Assembly: GCA_030704615.1 (NCBI GenBank)
Contig: CM060731.1
Coordinates: 56,048,001-56,112,000 of the forward strand
DNA: 64,000 nt
Reading direction: 5' to 3'
Source: Takakia lepidozioides
Taxonomy: Eukaryota; Plantae; Bryophyta
Positions 34,431 to 48,490 of the stretch are shown one piece after another. A program made the position numbers and the translations under genes. The notes under the pieces are model-generated. The model was given only the letters and a program-made list of their open reading frames with translations. It made no database searches and was not told where the DNA came from. Every line of letters starts with the position of its first letter. Position 1 is the stretch's first letter.

Positions 34431-35163
34431 AGGTGCCCTCACCACATTGTCCTTGACCTTGTGTCATGACCCATGGAGGATTTGACCGACCATCAACCCA
34501 AAAGGACCTCTTGGTGCTGCTAGTGTCTGTAGTCAGGTAATGTCGGATTGGTCTGTGAGAACGACGACGGTGCAGCTGAGCAGGCAGAGATTGAAACACG
34601 GCCTGCTAAGACCAAGCTGACTCTCCCTAGAACCTTGTAAACATCAGGAAGAATACCAAATCATGGTACTAATAACAGGAGCCAAGAGCCCACATTTGCA
34701 GGATGGAAAACTTCTTCACGTACATTAAGAAAAAGCCACACCTTGCGATTGCGGTTGTCCCACCATCGTGAAGGATCTTTAAAAAACTCATGCCAGCTCT
34801 GCTCCGTGCTCCAAGGTAGAGGTTTCTGCTCGAAAATCCGACAGCATCAACATATTGACAAGGTCCTTTACTGAGGGGTGCTAGTGAGCTTTCAACAACA
34901 TTCATGCAAGTTGTTTTGGGCTCCATTGGGCTCTACACAATGAGGAACAACGAACGCGCCTAGAGCAACGAAGGGAGCTGAGGCGCTACAAACGAAGAGA
35001 GCGCAACGAAGGATGGGCTGCTGCAAGGACGGGGTACTTTCTTGGTAAAGGACCCCGCGCACGCAGGAAGTTCGCAAGGGGGAATCTCCGGACAATCGTG
35101 AGGAAATGAGGGCGGAGGACGCGAAGATGGGGGATAAGGGATAAGCAACAGCAGCGGAAGAAG

Positions 35164-35457
35164 ATCCAAGAAATCGGGAGGGTAGCACACAGAGGAGAGC
35201 GAGAGAAAGAGAGAGAGAGAGAGCGTGTGTGCAAAGGGAGTTGCTGCGATTTTGGGAGGAGGAGAATCACTGTGTAGACGAGAACGGAGGACGCAGCAGA
35301 CTAAGGAGGAGGGGATTATCCAAGAAATCGGGGAGCGTAGCATACAGAGGAGAGCGAGAGAGAGAGCGTGTGTGCAAAGGGCATTGCTGCGATTTTGGGA
35401 GGAGGAGAATCACTTTATAGACGAGAACGGAGGACGCAGCAGACTAAGGAGGAGGAT
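35164..35457. repeat. Two-copy ~154-bp GA-rich tandem repeat
   Basis: ATCCAAGAAATCGGGAG...GCAGACTAAGGAGGAGG starts at 35164 and 35318. Confidence 0.75.
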
Positions 35458-37030
35458 TGGGAGTTAGTGGGAAAAGCAAGAGGGGGATAGGCGGCCAGCT
35501 CTAGGGAAGACTTAGGAAGACTTAGGAAGGAGTCAGGCTGGAGTAGCACTCAGCGACACCATTCTAGAGCCCCGGGCTGAGTCCCGTTGTAATGATAGGA
35601 CAAGATATTCAGGCACTCGTTTTGCACACACAACTCCTCTATTTGATATTAGTGGAGTTCAGGCATTGGATTGCCAGAAATTCTTGCACACAGCATGCTC
35701 TTCAACATTCAGTTACTGAACTGTTTCTTTCTTACTTGTTAGCTACGGCAAACAATGTCTCGTAAGTGCTTTCCTTTGTAGAACCCCGTGTGCAGAGGGG
35801 CTTACTGCATGAGACATTCTGCCTTTATGCAATGGTTAAGAATTTTGGTCTCTGTGGTTCTAGACCTTTTCTATCTTAACTACTTCCTTGTCTACTTGTG
35901 TTCCTTGGGCACTTTCGGCGTCCCTTGGACAATTGAGGGTGGCCTCACTTAGCCTGCGATCAAGACTGGCAGATGGGACAAGCTGCATCATGCCCAACAC
36001 CTTCGTCCTACTTGTGCCCAACATGATAAATTGAACATTGGGACTGAAGAGCAATCCAAAACCTCCATGCTTTTTCAATCCTCCTTGCGTGAAAGAGAAG
36101 CTGATTGCCAGGACACAAGGTTGAGAACAGCCTACTGATGGTGGAAGGATATCAGAGTGAAGTTCTGGATCTGCTGTGAAGCTCCTCGATGAAAGTGAGT
36201 AGGACTCGCAGTGAGCCGGATTAGATGGGTAGCCTTGTCATGCACTAGCTAGTTTAGCATCGGTATGTTCGACTTGTGTCTCCGTCATTGTGCTACATGC
36301 AGTAGATACATGCGATCAAGCCCAGAGTGACTTGCATGATAAGCGGAACCTGACAAAGTGTTTGGTATTCTTCGACTCTCTGGCATGAAGGTCAACCATG
36401 GAGCATGGAACAGAGCTGGCGGGAGTTCTTTATAGAACCTTTACAATGGGTGGACAACCATGATGACGAGTGTGGCTTTTTTTGTATGATGTTAACAAAA
36501 ATTTCTGTTCTGCAAAAGCGGCTGTTTCTGCCTGTATCATAGGCTGTTGTTGCTAACAGGCCATGAAAATGCATTTTTCCTGGTTTGTCTTATCAGGCTG
36601 GTGCTCCGCCACACCGTAGTGGTTTTCACAGACCAATCCAAGATCACAGGACTACAGACATGAGCAGCACACACAAGAGGTCCTTTGGATCGAGGGGTGG
36701 TTGAATCCTCCTTGGGTGAGAGAAAAGCTAGCTGCTTTCATAAGACAAGGCCAAGGACAATGTGGTGAGAGGCACCTCCTTCTTCAACACATTTAGGCTT
36801 GTTTTTTCTGCATATTAGATTCGTCCCTAGTTTTTCATGTCAAGTTGTAAGTTATCTCAGCCGGTGGTTCCATGTTTTCACATGTTACTGCCAGTGGGGT
36901 AAAAGGCAAATATTTGAAAACCAACAGCAGGTTTGATCACATAAAGATTAAAACTCCGGTCGTCGGACTGGCGTAACTAAGAGCCACTTCGCCTTGCGGC
37001 TACTGCCCCCTTCCGGGGGTGGGCCCTACT

Positions 37031-38624
37031 GTTTGATCACATATAATATATTGATGACAGTATCAAGCACGGGTGTGGTAAGACTGCCTTGGACATATAA
37101 TGATCCGGGAGGGGTTGACTCCCAACCAGGTCACATTTGTTTGCATTTGCAAGGCGTGTGCAACCCTGGCAGCCCTGGAAAAGGGCAAAGAGATCCATGC
37201 CGACATCATGAAGACCGGAATTGTACCAAACATGATTCTGAAGAGTACTCTCATGGACATGTATGCCAAATGCGGGAGCATGGAGGATGCAAAGGAATTG
37301 TTTGACAATATGACTGAACGAGATGTGGTCCTGGAATGCAATGATCGCAGGATATGCTCAACATGGGTGTGGGATGGAGGCTTTGGAGACCTATGAGCAA
37401 ATGATGCAGGAAGGGGGGACAGCCAACCAGGTCACATTTGTTTGCGTTTGCAATGCGTGTGCCAGCCTGGCAGTCCTGAACAAGGGCAAAGAGGTCTCAT
37501 GATGTGCAATTGAATCAAATATGATTCTCAATACTGCTCTTGTGGACATGTATGCCAAATGTGGTAGCATAAAAGATGCAAAGGGAGTGTTTGACAATAT
37601 GGCTGAACGAGATGTGGTCTCATGGAGTGCAATGATTGCAGGATATGCCCAGCATGGCTGTAAGAGGCATGCCTTGGAAACCTAAGAGCAAATGATGCTG
37701 AAAGGGGTGAAGCCCAACCGGGTCACATTTGTTAGTAGTTGCCATGCCTGTGCGGGCTTGGCAGCCTGCAACTATTCCAAGGAATGCAAAAGGAAGGCTT
37801 GAAGCCAGACAATATCACCTTTATATGTGTTCTCTCTGCATGTAGCCATGCTGGCTTAGTGGATGAAGGCAAACACTTATCCAAATCCCTGACTATCATG
37901 GCCTCACTCCGATCATGGAGCACTTTGGCTGCATGGTGGACCTTCTTGGTCGTGCAGGGCGAATGGATGAGGCAGAGGACATCATCAACAAAATCCCAAT
38001 CAAAGCGGATGTTCTGGTTTGGAGAGCCTTGCTTGGTGCATGCAGAATTCATGGCAATGTGGAGGTGGCAGAGCGGGCTGCAAAATCTATACTAAAGTAG
38101 GATCAACAGGATGCTGCAACTTATGTGTTGCTATCAAACATCTATGCCGCAGCTGGCAGGTGGGATGACAGTGCAAAGGTGAGAAAAATGATGAAGGTCA
38201 GGGGGGTTAGAAAGGAGCCGGGTCGCTGCTGCATTGAGGTCAGCAACAGGGTGCACACTTTGGTTGTGAATGACAAATTGCATCCAAAAATTGAGGAAAT
38301 CCATGCTGAGCTGAGAATGTTGTCTGGGCAGATGAAGGAGGCAGGGTATGTGCCTGACACGCACATTGTATTACATGATATGGAGAAGGAGAAAAAGGAA
38401 GTCTCTCTTTGCCACCACAGTGAGAAGCTGGCCATTGCTTTTGGGCTGATCAGCACGGCCCCTGGGACGCCTCCCGAATCTTCAAGAATCTTCGGGTGTG
38501 TGCTGACTGCCACACTGCCACCAAGTTCATCTCAAAGATTGTTGGCCGAGCAATTGTTGTTCGGGATGCTAACCGCTTTCACCACTTTGAAGATGGGGTT
38601 TGTTCTTGTGGGGAGTACTGGTGA
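37031..38624 (+). pseudogene. Degenerate PLS-E-DYW PPR paralogue
   Basis: PPR motifs, EHFGCMVDLLGRAG and [12 protein letters not shown]; ends EYW*; several stops and frameshifts. Confidence 0.9.
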
Positions 38625-39029
38625 AGCAATGTTTTTTTTGGAAGGTGTGTGTGTCTTGCTTCATTCACTAAAATGCTGCTGCTTGAGTCATTCACTGTGC
38701 TGCGAGAAAGTTGTCTTTGATGTACCATCAAGGGCCTCTGAGGCACTTTTCACCATCCAATAGCCAATTGTGGGGCTTACCCAGCAGGAGGTGGAAACTA
38801 AACCAGAAATTGGTCCTGCATAACCAATGGCAATCTGATTGCAGGCTTAAAGTGTGTGACAGGTGTCTGGCATTGGACTGCATAGTAGTGCCTCAAAGAG
38901 AATGTACTCATAAGATGTTGTTTGCTGTAGCTTTGTGCCATTGAACCCACGCCCAGTTTGAGCAGAACACGAAGGGACAGAAACTACCTTTGTCAGGGGG
39001 ACGCCGGTAGTCTGACTTACCTTGAAACA

Positions 39030-40746
39030 AGCAATTGATCCGAGTTTTCCAGATATCCCTGTGGATCCAGATAGGTATGGGTAGATGGTCAACTGGAAGC
39101 AACAGTGGCAGTGGCACAGTTGATAAAATCAGGCACCTCGACCATGACCACAGCTTCTGTTCAAGAGGACCCAGAGAGGGAGTCCACAAGGCCTCTTCTG
39201 GGACTTCTGGGCACGTGAGATGCTTTGTGAGGCAGGCAGACTAACAGAGGCTCTACAGACTTAAACCCTAGGAGGGAGCATTTCAGCAGATTCAGTTACG
39301 TATGTCTCTCTCTTGCATGACTGCATCAAGATGGAAGGCCTGGAAGCTGGAAAGCAGGTGCACGCTCACATTATCCAAAGTGGATTCAAGCCAAACGTTT
39401 TTCTACAGAATACCCTTGTGAACATGTATGTTAAGTGTGGGAGCATCATGGATGCTCACCAGGTGTTCAACAGAATGCCTCGACGATCGTTGATCATGTG
39501 GAACACAATGTTGGCAGGATTTACCAGCATGGTTGTGGTACGAATGCTTTGGAAACCTATGACCAAATGATGCGGGAAGGGATGAAGCCTGACCAGGACA
39601 CATTTGTTTGCGTTTGCAATGCGTGTGAGCCTGGCAGCTCTGGACAAGGGCAAAGAGGTCCATGGTGACATCGTCAAAGCTGGAATTGTACCAGAGGTCA
39701 TTATGAACTGTATCGTCGTGGACATGAATGCCATTGTGGGTGCATGGAGGATGCAAAGGCAGGGTTTGACAATATGGCTGAATGAAATGTGGTATAGGGA
39801 GTGTGACGATTGCAGGATATGCACAGCAGGGGCACGGGATGGAGGCTTTGGAGACCTATGAGCAAATGATCCGGGAAGGTGTGAAACCCAACCACATCAC
39901 ATTTGTTTGCGTTTGCAATGCGTATGCAATGTCTGGCAGCCCTGGAAGAGGGCAAAGAGGTCCATGGTGGCATGGTCAAAGGTGAAACTGTACCAGATGT
40001 CTTACTGAGACTGCCCTGGTGCACTTTTATGCCACGTGTGGGAGCCTCGAGAATGCAAAGGTAGTATTTGCGAATATAGCTGAACGAAATGTGGTGCCGT
40101 GGAACACGATGGTCGGATGATATGCACAGCAGGGGCGCGGGATGGAGGCTTTGGAGACCTATGACCAAATGATGCGGGAAGGGGTGAAGTCCGACCAGAT
40201 CACGTTTGTTTGCATTTGCAATGCGTGTGTGAGCCTGGCAGCCCCAGAAAAGGGGTGAAGAGGTCCATGGTGACATTGTCAAAGCTGGAATTGTACCAGA
40301 AGTCATTTCAACACTGCCTTACTGGATAGGTATGCCAAATGTGGGAATATTGATGATGCGAAGGAAGTGTTCGACAATATGACTGAACAAAATGTGGTGT
40401 CGGGGACGCGATGATCGTAGGATATGCACATCAGGGGTGCGTCATGGAGGCTTTGGAGACCTATGAGCAAAAGATGTGGCAAGGGGTGAAGCCCAACCAC
40501 ATCGCGTTTGTTTGCATTTGCAATGCATGTTAAGCCTGGCAGCCCTGGGCAAGGGCAAAGAGGTCCATGATGACATCATCAGAGCTGGAATTGTACCAGA
40601 TGTCATTCTGAACACTGCCCTGGTGGACATGTATGCCAAATGTGGGAGCATTGAAGATGTGGTGGACAAAATGGCTGAATGAGATGTGGTGTCATGGAAC
40701 ACGATGACCGCAGGATACGCACAGCAAGGGCGCGGGATGAAGGCTT
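39030..40746 (+). pseudogene. Degenerate N-terminal PLS PPR paralogue (no E/DYW)
   Basis: Same leader (LIKSGT) and CIKMEGLEAGKQVH.. motifs as the intact gene; heavily frameshifted; breaks off at ~40746. Confidence 0.88.
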
Positions 40747-42338
40747 CGGGGACCAATGAGCGATCTCTCAAATTTGGACTCAAAAGCTTTTTGGAGAAGC
40801 TCATGTCGGTCCAATTAGTATTGATAATATTACATCAAAGTAAGGCATATGTGAATAACAAGAAGGAAGATATACTTTTTGACTGCTCCTCCTTTGGCTG
40901 TGAGGGCTGCATGTAGCGACAAAATGCTCTCACATCACAATTACTGTCCATGCTGCAGCGGAAGGGAACACACGGACATCAGCAATATGGATCCCCAAGA
41001 CTTAGTTTAGGTTAATGTTGGTGGAACTTGTCATTGCATACACCTGCATTGATCTGTCTGTGAACCAAGCAGCAACACAGAATCAGTGCTGCCGATGGTG
41101 GTAAATCAAATAATGCATTTCGCGTGACAACATGATTCCGGAGCACGGATGAGATGCTTCTCCTCTACAGTTTGTGCTGTTTGGCGGTGCTGTCACACCA
41201 ACATGGGGTCTTGCTGGGAGGACACAACGAGACTTCACTTTCATCAATGTGTACAGTAGTCATAAATTGACAGTAGCTTCTCTCATCATCACTCATCATC
41301 AGTCCGGCAGTTGGGTTGACAGGTTCTTATCATTGGATCATTCAGTGCCCAATCATACGCAATCTCGTCCTCCCTTAACATGCTGTCTTCTGTTATATAG
41401 ACTCAAGGATAGAGGGAGCCAGAGCAGGGCCGGTAAGTGCCATGGGTGATGTGTAGGCAGCTTGGGAGGGAGAATCTGTGGCATCACGTGGCGCGTAGAG
41501 GGGAAAAGTGACGGGTGTGGGTGGGGAGCTAACTAGGGCTGCCCTATAAACCATGCCGCGAACCCTGCACAACGGCCACCATATTTAGCGTGCAGGGCTT
41601 TTACTGTGTAAATGGTGGAGATGCTCTTAGCATGGGCCAGCCTTCACTTTAAAGCCTTGGCCGTCACAGCATTGATGCAGACAAACCGAAACAGCTTGTC
41701 GCACACACAGTGCCATCTATGCACTCACAACCTACTCACTATCAAAATCTGGAGACACAGTCTCCACCCTGGCCTCTCTGTAAGCAGGAGCAGCTTGCTG
41801 AGTTGTGCCACACCTATGCCCATGCCTAAGCAGCAGAGATTACTAAGTATCTGACATTCCCAAACACGCTTTAACCAGTTGCATGCACAGGGTGGCACCA
41901 ATCTAACAGTGGATACTGTCAACTAAAGCAAAGCGGCAGTGAGGAGACCTGTCAATACTCATTTTGCTGATCATGACAGCACCTTCATGGACACTCTCAC
42001 TGATTGTTTCTGAAGCAGCACTGCGAGAAACATACAACATGTCCAGATTGAAGATGCTGAACAAACTTGAGCACAGGGCTGCCCCTCTAATCAAGCTCAT
42101 TACAAATGGTATGCACTTCCATCGTCAAGCTTTGGAGAAGCTCCACCACCCACACCAGAATTGGGACAGCACTCGGATTTCCTTCCGCTATCACCAGAGT
42201 CAGTCAGAACCCCTCCCTTCCTTCAGTCCAAGTGCAATTATAGTCAATGTTCTCGGAAAATGGTGCATGAACTGAGTAGCTACACAAATCAATGAATGAA
42301 GCAAGACATTCCCACCTTTCCAGAGAAATATCTTTTCA

Positions 42339-44580
42339 TCAGTAATCCCCACAAGAACAAACCCCATCTTCAAAGTGGTGAAAGCGGTTAATATCCTGTA
42401 CAACAATTGCTCGGCCAACAATCTTTGAGATGAATTTGGTGGAGGTGTGGCAGTCACCACACACCCGAAGATTCTTGATGCGACGGAGAGGCGTCCTAGG
42501 GGGTGTGCTGATCAGCCCAAAACCAATGGCCAGCTTCTCACTGTGGTGGCAAAGAGAAAATTCCTTTTGCTCCTCCCCCACATCATGCAATACAAAGCGT
42601 GTGTCAGGCACATACCCCGCCTCCTTCATCTGCCCAGACAATCTTCTCAGCTCAGCATGGATTTCCTTAATGTTGGGATGCAATTTGTCATCTACGACAA
42701 AGGTGTGCACTCTGTTGTCAACCTGGCCACAAGGCTACGGCAAACACGTCTTATGAGTACATTCTGTTGTCAACCTCAATGCAGCAGCGACCTGGCTCCT
42801 TTCTGACTCCTCTGACCTTCATCATTTTTCTCACCTTCGCACTATCATCCCACCTGCCAGCTGCGGCATAGATGTTTGATAGCAACACATAAGTTGCGGC
42901 ATCCTGTTCATCCCACTTGAGAATAGATGTGGCCGCGTCTTCAGCCATCTCCACATTGCCATGGATTCTGCAGGCACCAAGCAAGGCCTTCCAAACCACA
43001 GCATTTGGCTTCATTGGCATTTTATCAATAATATCCTTTGCCTCGTCCAATCGCCCGGCACGTCCAAGAAGGTCCACCATGCAGCCAAAGTGTTTTATTG
43101 TTGGAGTGACACCATGAGCTTGACTCAGGGAACCGAAGTAGCATCTTCCTTCATCCAGTAGGCCAACGTGGCTACACGCGGAGAGAACACAAATAAAGGT
43201 GATACCGTCTGGCTTCAAGCCTTCCATTTGCATTCCTTCAAACAATTGCAGGGCTTCCCTATGAAAACCATGCTGGGCATATCCTACGATCATACCGTTC
43301 CAGGACACCACACCTCGTTCGGCCATATTGTTGAACACTCCCTTTGCATCCTCGATGCACCCACATTTCGCATACATGTCCACGAGGGTATTGTTCAGAA
43401 TCACATCTGGTACAATTCCAGCTTTGGCGATGCAACCATGCACCTCTTTGCCCTTTTCCAGGGCTGCCAGGCTTGCACATGCACTGCAAACGCACACAAA
43501 CGTGATGTGGTCGGGCTTCACCCCTTCCCCCATCATTTGCTCATATGTCTCCAAAGCCTCCATCCCGCGCCCCTGCTGTGCATATCCCGTGATCATCGCG
43601 CTCCACGATACCATATCACGTTCAGCCATATTGTCAAACACTGCCTTTGCATCCTCGATGCACCCACATTTGGCATACATGTCCACGAGGGTACTATTCA
43701 GAATAACGTCTGGTACAATTCCAGCTTTGACGATGTCACCATGGACCTCTTTGCCCTTCTCCAGGGCTGCCAGGCTCGCACACACATTGCAAACGCAAAC
43801 AAACGTGATCTGGTTGGGCTTCACCCCTTCCCGCAACATTTGCTCATAGGTCTCCAAAGCATCTATCCCGCACCCCTGCTGTGCATATCCTGCAATCATC
43901 GCACTCCACGATACCACATTTCGTTCAGCCATATCGTCGAATACTCCCTTTGCATCCTCAATGCACCCACATTTGGAATACATGTCCACGAGGGTATTGT
44001 TCAGAATGACATTTGGTACAATTCCAGCTTTGACGATGTCACCATGGACCTCTTTGCCCTTGTCCAGATCTGCCAGGCTCGCACACGCATTGCAAACGCA
44101 AACAAACGTGATGTGGTCGGGCTTCACCCCTTCCCGCATCATTTGGTCATAGGTCTCCAAAGCATTTGCACCACACCCATGCTTTGTAAATCCTGCCAAC
44201 ATTATATTCCACGTGAACAGAGATCGTTGAGGCATCCTGTTGAACACTTGGTGAGCATCCATGACGCTCCCGCACTTAACATACATGTTGACAAGGGTGT
44301 TATGTAGGAAAACGTTTGGCTTGAATCCACTTTGGATAATGTGAGCGTGCACCTGTTTTCCAGCTTCCAGGCCTGTCATCTTGATGCACTTATGCAAGAG
44401 ACAGACATACATATCTGATTCTGCTGAAAGGCCTCCTCCTTGGTTTAAAGTTTGTAGAGCCTTTGTCAGTCAGTCTGCCACACAAAGCATCTTCACATGT
44501 CCAGAAGTCCCAGAAGAGGAATTGTGGACTCCCTCTCTTGGCCCTCTCTTGGCCCTCTTTCAGAAGCTGTGGTCATGGTC
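42339..44580 (-). pseudogene. PLS-E-DYW PPR paralogue with a 52-bp insertion in the DYW domain and terminal DY*
   Basis: ORF 42751-44412 (L-S, 3x PLS, P2L2S2, E1E2, PG box) plus an out-of-frame DYW remainder 42339-42710 ending GDY-TGA. Confidence 0.85.
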
Positions 44581-46180
44581 GAGGTGCCTGATTTTATCAA
44601 CTGTGTTGCTGCCGCTGCTACTTCTAGTTGACCATCTACCCATACAGGTTTCTTATAGCTATTGATCCACAGGGAATCATAGGTACTCTTGTGCTTGAAA
44701 TCCGGCCCTCTTGGATGAGTCTGGACCCACACTCTATCCTTGCTCCTTCAGCTATCCCTGCCTCTGCACAAATCATGCATACATCCCTCGCCTTGCTGCT
44801 AGCAGCTGACAATGACAGCCTATATTTGTTCTAACAAACATCCCACCCTACTTACCACACTAGTGCCTATGCTGAATTGCATCTGCTTCTCTCTGTAATC
44901 TAACAGGCATTCACCTTTTTGCCTCGATTGTCCCACCATTGACTAGGGTCGGAGAAGAATTCATTCCAAAGCTTCTCCTCATCTCTGGTATCTGTTTTTG
45001 GATACTTTACTGTTGCCACATTCACAGTAACATGTCAAAACATTCCATAGGTCCACCCAACGAGCTAACTTACAGGATTCAACATGGAAAATTAGGGACA
45101 ACTCTAACAAGAGGGAAATCAGGCCGACATGTGTTGAAGAAGGTGCTTTCATTAACAGTGCTTGATTTCATCAACTGTGCTGCTGCCGCTGCTGCTTCCA
45201 GTTGACCATGTACCCATGCAGGTTTCTTGTAGCTATTGATCCACAGGGAATCGCAAGTAATCTTGTGTTTGAAATCCGGCCCTCTTGGATGAATCTGGAC
45301 CCACACTCAATCCCTGCTCCTTCAGCTATCCCTGCCTCTGCACAAATGATGCATGCCTCGTGACAGCATAAAGTTCTTCCAACAAACACTCCAACCCTAC
45401 TTATCACACTAGTCCCAATTTTCAATTGCGTCTGCTTCTCTGTGTAATCCAACATGCATTCACCTTTTCGCCTCGATTGTCCCACCATTGACTGGGTCAG
45501 AAAAGTATTCATTCCAAAGCTTTTCATCTGTGATATCTATTTTGGGGTACTTTCCCGTTGCCACATTGGCAGCAACAGGTCAAAATCACTCCAAACCACC
45601 ATAGATCCACCCAATGAGCTACTTTACAGAATTCAACATGCAAAATCAGGGACGGGTCTGAAGAGAGGGAAAACCAAGCTGAAATAGGTTGAGGAAGAAG
45701 GTGCCCCCACCACATTGTGTCATGACCCATGGAGCATTCAATCGACCATCAACTGTGTGCTGCTTGTGTCAGTAGTCAGGTGATGTCGGATTGGTCTGTG
45801 GGAGCCACCACGGTGCAGCCGAGCAGCCATAGATTGAAACCCAACCTCCTAAGACCAAGCTGACTCTCCCAAGTACCTTGAACACCAATGAGAAATACCA
45901 AATTATGACACTAACAGGAAGAGCCAAGAGCCCACATTTGCAGGATGGACACATCGTACATTAAGAAAAAGCCACACCTTGCGATTGGAGTTGTCCCACC
46001 ATCGTGAAGGATCGTCAAAAAAACTCGTGCCAGCTCTGCTCCGTGCTCCATAGAAGACTTTTGTGCCCGCAAATCCGACAACATCAATATTTTGACAAGT
46101 TCGTTTACGGAGGGGTGCTAGTGAGCTTTCACAACATTTATGCAAGTCGCTTTGGGCTCCATTGTCTCTACGGTGAGGAA
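44580..46180 (-). repeat. Paralogous PPR 5' flank (two leader repeats plus upstream block), homologous to 32170-34950
   Basis: Same leader repeat at 44583 and 45158; 45640-46180 matches 34380-34950. Confidence 0.82.
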
Positions 46181-46750
46181 CATACGCATGTCCAAACATT
46201 CACAGATGCTAAACCACCTTTTTATGTCTCAGTCTGGAGTGGTCTATGAAAACCGTTCAATGGGCCAACGGATGGTAGCCCATCCAAATGATTTTCGTTC
46301 GCTTCGAGACTTGGCCAGTGTGTTCAATGTACCCTATGATACGTCCCAGTGTAATATGAGATCAATCGAAATTCGTTCGATGGGCCAACGAGGCGTTTAC
46401 TTATCATCTGGTTTTTGTTCAATGCGAAAAAGAAATCATGCAATGCGTGCACGGCTATTGCACCCATTGAACGGATGTGGTTGAAGCCCCTCTTTTGCCC
46501 CCATGTGCGGAGACACAACAGACGAATAAATCATTTGCATCCCCATCGACACGCTCACCCCTCAAGCCATTCCAGAATTTAATTGAATTTAAATTAATTT
46601 TAAGCCACAACAATGTGTGTATGTGAAGTGAACCATTTTTCGCGGTTTCGTAACAACCGTAATATGCGTTTATGTTTCCAAATACTACCGTATTTGTTAT
46701 GGTAGTTTTAGCAGTCTCTCAGACACGGAGTAGGTATTTAAAAATTGCAT

Positions 46751-47597
46751 TCACAATGATATGTACAAATTCAGCTTGAGATCTCGGATTCGTAGTGGCA
46801 ATTGCACGCCTTTCATTGTGGTCCGGGAGGTTATCATCGAAAAAAAATCAAGATTGATGTCGTTCCCACGTAATAGGGACAGTAGATGATAATGTATGAA
46901 TGTTGGATTCAAAATGAAGAATAAACTTGGTATTCCCAACTGTTGCATCATGCTGAATATTTCATTTCTCTGTGTTGTGTTGCGCGACTGCTTCCAGATG
47001 CCATCACGTGTTTACTTATACTTTCAAGTGTCGCAATAACTTTTGTATTTCCGGTTTGTTGTTTATTGTTTTCACGTCATCTATTATGTCATTGAAGTCT
47101 TCTGAACGGATATTGTTAAGGAGTTGTGCTTCACTTTGAAATGCCGATCTCGACAGTGTCAATTTTGCGCCCAAGCATATTTGTCTACATTGCATCAAAT
47201 TGAACATGAAGAATGGAAACAAGTGGTATTTCGAAAAGTCGTGATGGATATCAGTTAGACTCATCAAATATTCAACATGGGCCTCCAAAATTACTTTAAT
47301 TGGACGGTTTTTCATTTCGGTTTTGCCGATTTCAAACGGAAATAACGTTGGAAACATGCACGCGATCAGATTTGGGTTTGCGTATTCGTTCACCATTTTG
47401 GTTTCATGCGTGTATGACAGATACATGTTTTGTTGTAGTTGCAATCCATTTAAAGCGTTGGAGATTAGGTCGTCGTGCTTTATGTCGATTCCGTCAAAAT
47501 TGATGAGTCCGGACGTGTCTATGACGGGCTGGATCGTATCGTCATCTTTGTTTATTGGTGTTTTTTTGTTCTGAAAAATAGCAAAATGGGCATTCAT
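46751..47597 (-). mobile_element. Helitron RepHel fragment (Helitron-like N-terminal/Rep region)
   Basis: NEYANPNLIACMFPTLFPF.IG, HLFPFFMFNLMQ.RQ and GIPSLFFILNP are typical Helitron Rep motifs; frameshifted and truncated. Confidence 0.75.
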
Positions 47598-48458
47598 GGG
47601 ACAATGGTTGGAGCCTCGACAGGAGAGATATCAAGGGAAAGGTCTCCGGCTCAAATCTGGTTGCTATGTGGAAAAAAATGCATTTGGACCTAGATGACAT
47701 TGGACACTTGGGCCAATGGCACAGGCTACCCTAGAGATGAGAGATATATCAATAATGATTGGATATTACCACTCAATAAATTCATGAAAAAAAAAAATGG
47801 GGCCTTGACATAGGAGACGAACTTGGATACATAGAAGATATGAGATGCACATGGAAACGTCCTTGGATACATAGGAGATTGCACTTGGGCTTAGATGACA
47901 CTGGACACTTGGGCCTCTACATGGGAGATGCACTTGGATACATAGAAGATTGCGCTTGGGCTTGGATGGGCCTCGACATAGGAGGTGCACATGGGAGACG
48001 CTTTTGGATACATAGAAAATTGCACTTGGTCTTATTACATATCAGTTCTTCACACATAGGCCAACGGCATAGGCTACACTAGAGGTTGCACTTGAGCCTC
48101 GACATAGGGGACGCATTGGGTCTTAGATTTCAATTCTTCACACATGGGTCAACGACACATGCCACCCTAGAGGTCACACTTGGGCCTCGACATAGGAGAC
48201 ACACTGGGATACATAGATACACAACAGATCTTACACTTGGGCTTAGATGACATTGGACATGGGCCAACGGCACACGCTACCCTAGAGGTCGCACTTGGGC
48301 CTCGACATAGGAGACACACTTAGATATATAAGAGATTGCACTTGGGCTTAGATAACACGGGACACTTGGGCCTCGACATAGGAGATTGCACTTGGACTTA
48401 GATAGCATCGGAAACTTGGGCCAACGACACAGGCTACCCTAGTCAATATATGAATTAA

Positions 48459-48490
<32 letters not shown>

